A stretch of DNA of 64,000 bases, from contig OZ242372.1 of assembly GCA_965209035.1 (NCBI GenBank), positions 1,888,001 to 1,952,000 of the forward strand, read 5' to 3'. The notes beneath the pieces were generated by a model, which worked only from the letters and a program-made list of their open reading frames with translations, did not search any database and had not been told where the DNA came from. How positions within the stretch are numbered: position 1 is the first letter of the stretch; each line of letters opens with the position of its first letter. This document shows, piece by piece, positions 60,728 to 64,000 of this stretch. The stretch is from Gammaproteobacteria bacterium. GTDB taxonomy: Bacteria; Pseudomonadota; Gammaproteobacteria; CBDBNL01; JAAOII01. The translations under genes were made by a program, and so were the position numbers.

Positions 60728-62230
60728 GGGGCGATCAAAATCGCAACGATAAGCCAACGCTTCCGTGATGTGATGCTTTTCTGTGACTTCCTTGCCTTCC
60801 AAATCCGCCAGAGTGCGCGCCACCCGCAGCAGGCGATGATAACCGCGCATAGAAATCCCCAACTTGGTGCGTGCCATGTTCAGAATTTCCTTGCCCGCCT
60901 TGTCGGGCGCGCAGAACTCTTGCGTTGTGTCCGCATCCAAAAGTGCGTTCACCTTGCCGCAGCGTTTTGTCTGACGCGCGCGCGCCAGTTTCACCGCCGC
61001 CTGCGCCCGCTCGTGTTCCCGCCCGTCGCCGACAGTCTCGCTTTCCGCCACAGGCAGGTTTGCCACATGCACAATCAAGTCCAGCCTGTCCAACAGGGGA
61101 CCCGAAATTCTGGAACGATAATTTTCTATCTGCTGCGGCGAACATCGGCACTCCTTGTAAGGGTTGCCGAGCATCCCGCAGGGGCAGGGGTTCATCGCCG
61201 CCACCAACTGAAACCGGGCGGGAAATTGTGCGTTGCGGGCTGCCCGCGAAATGGTGATATTCCCGCTTTCCATTGGCTGACGCAAAACCTCCAACACCCG
61301 GCGCGGAAATTCCGGCAACTCATCCAAAAACAAAACACCCAGATGCGCCAAAGAAATCTCGCCCGGCATCGGCTTGCTGCCGCCGCCGACCAAAGAAATC
61401 GCCGAAGCCGTATGGTGCGGTGCGCGAAAAGGACGCAACCCCAAAGGAGGAATCTCTTCCTTGGCAACCAGCGAAAAAATCCCCGCCACCTCCAAGGAAT
61501 CCGCATGATTGAGCGGCGGCAACAGAGCCGGCAACCGACTGGCAAGCATCGTCTTACCGCTGCCCGGCGGACCAAACATCAAAATATTATGCCCGCCGGC
61601 GGCCGCCACCAACAGAGCCCGCTTGGCTTTCTGTTGCCCGCGCACACTGTCCAGTCGCGGTTCGCTACTCTTATTGGGCGGCTTCGGCGGCGGCAGATCC
61701 CCAACGGACGACAAGGGACGCACCCCGTTCAGATGTGCAGTCACCTGCGTCAGATGCTCGGCAACACAAACGGGCGTCGTTTTCAAAAGTACCGCAGCCG
61801 CCGCATTCCGCCTGCCGATAATCAAAGTGCGCTTTGCCCGCGCACAAGCCAACCCGGCGGGGATAACACCCCGCACCGGCAGGAGTTCGCCGTTGAGAGC
61901 CAGTTCCCCCAGAAACTCATAGTTCGCCAGGTCATCGGTTTTGATTTGGCGGGCAGCCGCCAGTATGCCCAGAGCAATCGCCAGATCCAGCCGCCCGCCG
62001 CTCTTCGGCAGGTCCGCCGGCGACAGATTGACCGTGATGTGCCGTGCCGGAAACACAAACCCACAATTAATGATCGCACTGCGCACCCTGGCGCGACTTT
62101 CGTTCACCGCTTTTTCCGGCAAACCCACAATATTGAAACGCGGCAACCCGGGCGAGAGATGTGCCTCCACCCGCACCAGCGGGGACGCCATGCCGTATTC
62201 GGCACGGGTCAGAACCGTTCCTAAGGACAC
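60722..62230 (-). CDS. comM: ComM/YifB Mg-chelatase-like AAA+ helicase
   Basis: VGLPE.AV.ES, ITVNLSPADLPKSG, GPPGSGKTMLA, RPFRAPHH, PGEISLAH.GVLFLDELPEF, AAMNPCPCG. Confidence 0.96.
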   Translation of the reverse strand: MSLGTVLTRAEYGMASPLVRVEAHLSPGLPRFNIVGLPEKAVNESRARVRSAIINCGFVFPARHITVNLSPADLPKSGGRLDLAIALGILAAARQIKTDDLANYEFLGELALNGELLPVRGVIPAGLACARAKRTLIIGRRNAAAAVLLKTTPVCVAEHLTQVTAHLNGVRPLSSVGDLPPPKPPNKSSEPRLDSVRGQQKAKRALLVAAAGGHNILMFGPPGSGKTMLASRLPALLPPLNHADSLEVAGIFSLVAKEEIPPLGLRPFRAPHHTASAISLVGGGSKPMPGEISLAHLGVLFLDELPEFPRRVLEVLRQPMESGNITISRAARNAQFPARFQLVAAMNPCPCGMLGNPYKECRCSPQQIENYRSRISGPLLDRLDLIVHVANLPVAESETVGDGREHERAQAAVKLARARQTKRCGKVNALLDADTTQEFCAPDKAGKEILNMARTKLGISMRGYHRLLRVARTLADLEGKEVTEKHHITEALAYRCDFDRPT

Positions 62231-62369
62231 AGGACCCCCACAAACGGAAACACGGGAAAAACATAGCCTTGCATATCCGCTCCTAAACTTATATTTAGAA
62301 ATTATAAGGGGGAGGGGCGGATGGTGTGGGCTTTATTTTTGGAGATTCTTTATTAAATAAAAAAGTTAC

Positions 62370-62399
62370 TTGATTAAATTTTGTAAGGAGGTTTATAAT
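62370..62399 (+). promoter_or_regulatory. Putative sigma70 promoter of cas12a
   Basis: TTGATT (62370-62375)-N18-TATAAT (62394-62399). Confidence 0.5.
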
Positions 62400-62408
62400 T
62401 AATGAACT

Positions 62409-64000
62409 ATGAAAAAGATGTTTGAAGATTTTTCTCACTTATATAGCGTCTCTAAAACCTTAAGATTTGGATTAAGACCCCACGGCGAGACAGCGGATAA
62501 AATAGCAGATTTTAAGAATCAAGCAATTAAATCCGTTATTGCAAAGGATAAGATCCTTGCCGATAATTACAAAAAGGCGAAAAAGATTATTGACCAACTT
62601 CATAAAGAATTCATAGACAAGGTGTTGTCAAGATCGGATGTATTGTTGGCTTCGGATATTCAAAGATATTACAAGGTGTATATGGAATTGAAAAAACTTT
62701 ATGGCAGGGGTCAGGAGGATAAACAAGCCAAAAGAAACAATTTATGGAAAACAAGAATCGCTTTGGAAAAAGAACTTAGGGAAATTATTGCCCGTAAGTT
62801 TACAAGCGAGGATGACTATATAAAAACCATCAAGGAACAAAAAAAATTACCGGAACATGTTGTTAATTGGTTGAAGGAAAAAGCCCGAAAAGGGGAAATA
62901 AGCGATACCGAATATGAAGAAAACAAGGAATGTATAGAAAAGTTTAAAAACTTTACAACTTATTTTAGCGGGTTTGCAAAAAATCGGGACAATCTATATT
63001 CTAATAAAAATCAAGTTACGGCAATTTCAAACCGTATCATCAGTGAAAACCTGCCGCGTTTTTTGGATAATTGGCATGGCTATCAAAAATTGGATGCGGG
63101 GTTATTACAAAATCTAAAACAACATTCCATAGTTCTGCACAAACATTCTCTTTTACCCAAGGGCATGTCTTTGGAAGATTTTTTATGCCCTTCTTCTTTT
63201 GTGTGCTATTTGAATCAAAGGGGAATTGAAAAATACAACGCAGTGATCGGCGGTAAAACTTTGGAAGAGGGAAAAGAAAAAATTCAAGGAGTTAACGAAA
63301 TCATCAATCTTTATCGTCAGCAAAATGATATTAAAGCCAGAAGTTTACCGCGTATGAAAAAACTATACAATCAAATCCTTGCTGACAGGGAAAGTTTTTC
63401 ATTTTTGCCGGATCAATTTGAGAGTGATGCGGAATTATTTGAAACTCTTGGGGAGTACTATGCGGTGATTAATAATGCGGAGAAAGGGAAGAATAGTTTA
63501 CTGAAAAGAATAGAAGAAATTTTTACCTGTTTGAACTCGGACGAGATAGATGCGGAGCAATTTCATATTAGAGGATCAGAAGTTGCTGCAGTTAGCCGGA
63601 CAATTTTTGAGAGATGGGATCTTATAAATCTTGCCCTTGTAAATTATGTAAAGGATAAAGTATATCCGGATAGTCCCGGGAAAAAAGTCTCCGTATCTTT
63701 GGAAAAGAAAAGAGAAAAGTGGCTGAAGAAAGATACTTTTACTTTGACGGAACTGGAAGATGCCCTGGCATATCATCAGAATACGGAAACAGAAAAACTC
63801 CATACCCCCAATCAGATTTTGGAATATTTTCAAAAATGTGTTGTTCGTAGAAAATCAACTGTCCAAGGAGAGGAGGACAAAGAAGAGTTAATTTTTGCTA
63901 AAATACGAGCATCCTTTAAAGAAATAGAATCGTTTTCAGAAATATCCCCGGAACGCAACATGCCGGATCAAAAAGACAAGAAGGGGGGAGAAGGCTTTCG
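62409..64000 (+). CDS. cas12a: Type V-A CRISPR effector Cas12a (Cpf1), N-terminal 530 codons, truncated by the window end
   Basis: Manual translation is open to 64000: MKKMFEDFSHLYSVSKTLRFGLRPHGET...YKKAKKIIDQLHKEFI...FKNFTTYFSGFAKNRDNLYS...ENLPRFLDN...QRGIEKYNAVIGG...GVNEIINLYRQ...LYNQILADR. These match the WED-I/REC1 motifs of Cas12a. Confidence 0.93.
   Translation, partial: MKKMFEDFSHLYSVSKTLRFGLRPHGETADKIADFKNQAIKSVIAKDKILADNYKKAKKIIDQLHKEFIDKVLSRSDVLLASDIQRYYKVYMELKKLYGRGQEDKQAKRNNLWKTRIALEKELREIIARKFTSEDDYIKTIKEQKKLPEHVVNWLKEKARKGEISDTEYEENKECIEKFKNFTTYFSGFAKNRDNLYSNKNQVTAISNRIISENLPRFLDNWHGYQKLDAGLLQNLKQHSIVLHKHSLLPKGMSLEDFLCPSSFVCYLNQRGIEKYNAVIGGKTLEEGKEKIQGVNEIINLYRQQNDIKARSLPRMKKLYNQILADRESFSFLPDQFESDAELFETLGEYYAVINNAEKGKNSLLKRIEEIFTCLNSDEIDAEQFHIRGSEVAAVSRTIFERWDLINLALVNYVKDKVYPDSPGKKVSVSLEKKREKWLKKDTFTLTELEDALAYHQNTETEKLHTPNQILEYFQKCVVRRKSTVQGEEDKEELIFAKIRASFKEIESFSEISPERNMPDQKDKKGGEGF

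Noticed and set aside
60713-62224. 503-aa plus-strand ORF
   Set aside because: Antisense shadow of GC-rich comM.
62409-62500. Cas12a2 assignment suggested by SKTLRFG
   Set aside because: The downstream REC1 motifs (FTTYF.GF..NR.N.YS, ENLPRFLDN, G.NE.INLY.Q) are those of canonical Cas12a; a final call needs the C-terminus.
1-64000. tRNA, rRNA, transposase or integrase genes, and a canonical Cas12a array
   Set aside because: None was recognised by eye; a small or divergent element could have been missed without a covariance-model search.

Overview
64-kb window from a bacterium whose housekeeping genes (gyrA, fabI, mnmG, aroE, comM) look gamma/beta-proteobacterial. Osmolyte catabolism, scrambled operons and many micro-duplications suggest a marine, possibly host-associated, lineage (inference). 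Left to right: (1) a glycine-betaine to C1 catabolic cluster: BCCT carrier, soxBDAG, NAD-dependent formate dehydrogenase, gbcAB, ETF, dgcAB, a V4R protein and a dipeptidase; (2) tpiA, rnfG, rnfD; (3) an AT-rich McrBC island with a free-standing second copy of the McrB N-terminal domain; (4) three tandem GT25 glycosyltransferases, cysM, fabI, a Campylobacter-type PglB oligosaccharyltransferase and a GT61 gene with an internal stop; (5) mnmG, gyrA, nrdAB with a class Ic (Glu/Phe) R2 signature, glpD, aroE, mmsA, prpBC; (6) a beta-oxidation operon ending in a patatin-acyl-CoA ligase fusion; (7) fxsA, a repeat-rich zone with a duplicated comM 3' end, and comM; (8) the first 530 codons of a Cas12a (Cpf1) gene, missing from the ORF track because it runs off the window. 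No canonical Cas12a array lies in the window. However, four separate repeat(35-38 bp)/spacer(34-37 bp) modules with a 71-73 bp period occur, three of them at gene ends, and a degenerate Cas12a-repeat-like hairpin sits just upstream of cas12a. All family calls come from motif recognition; no database searches were run.
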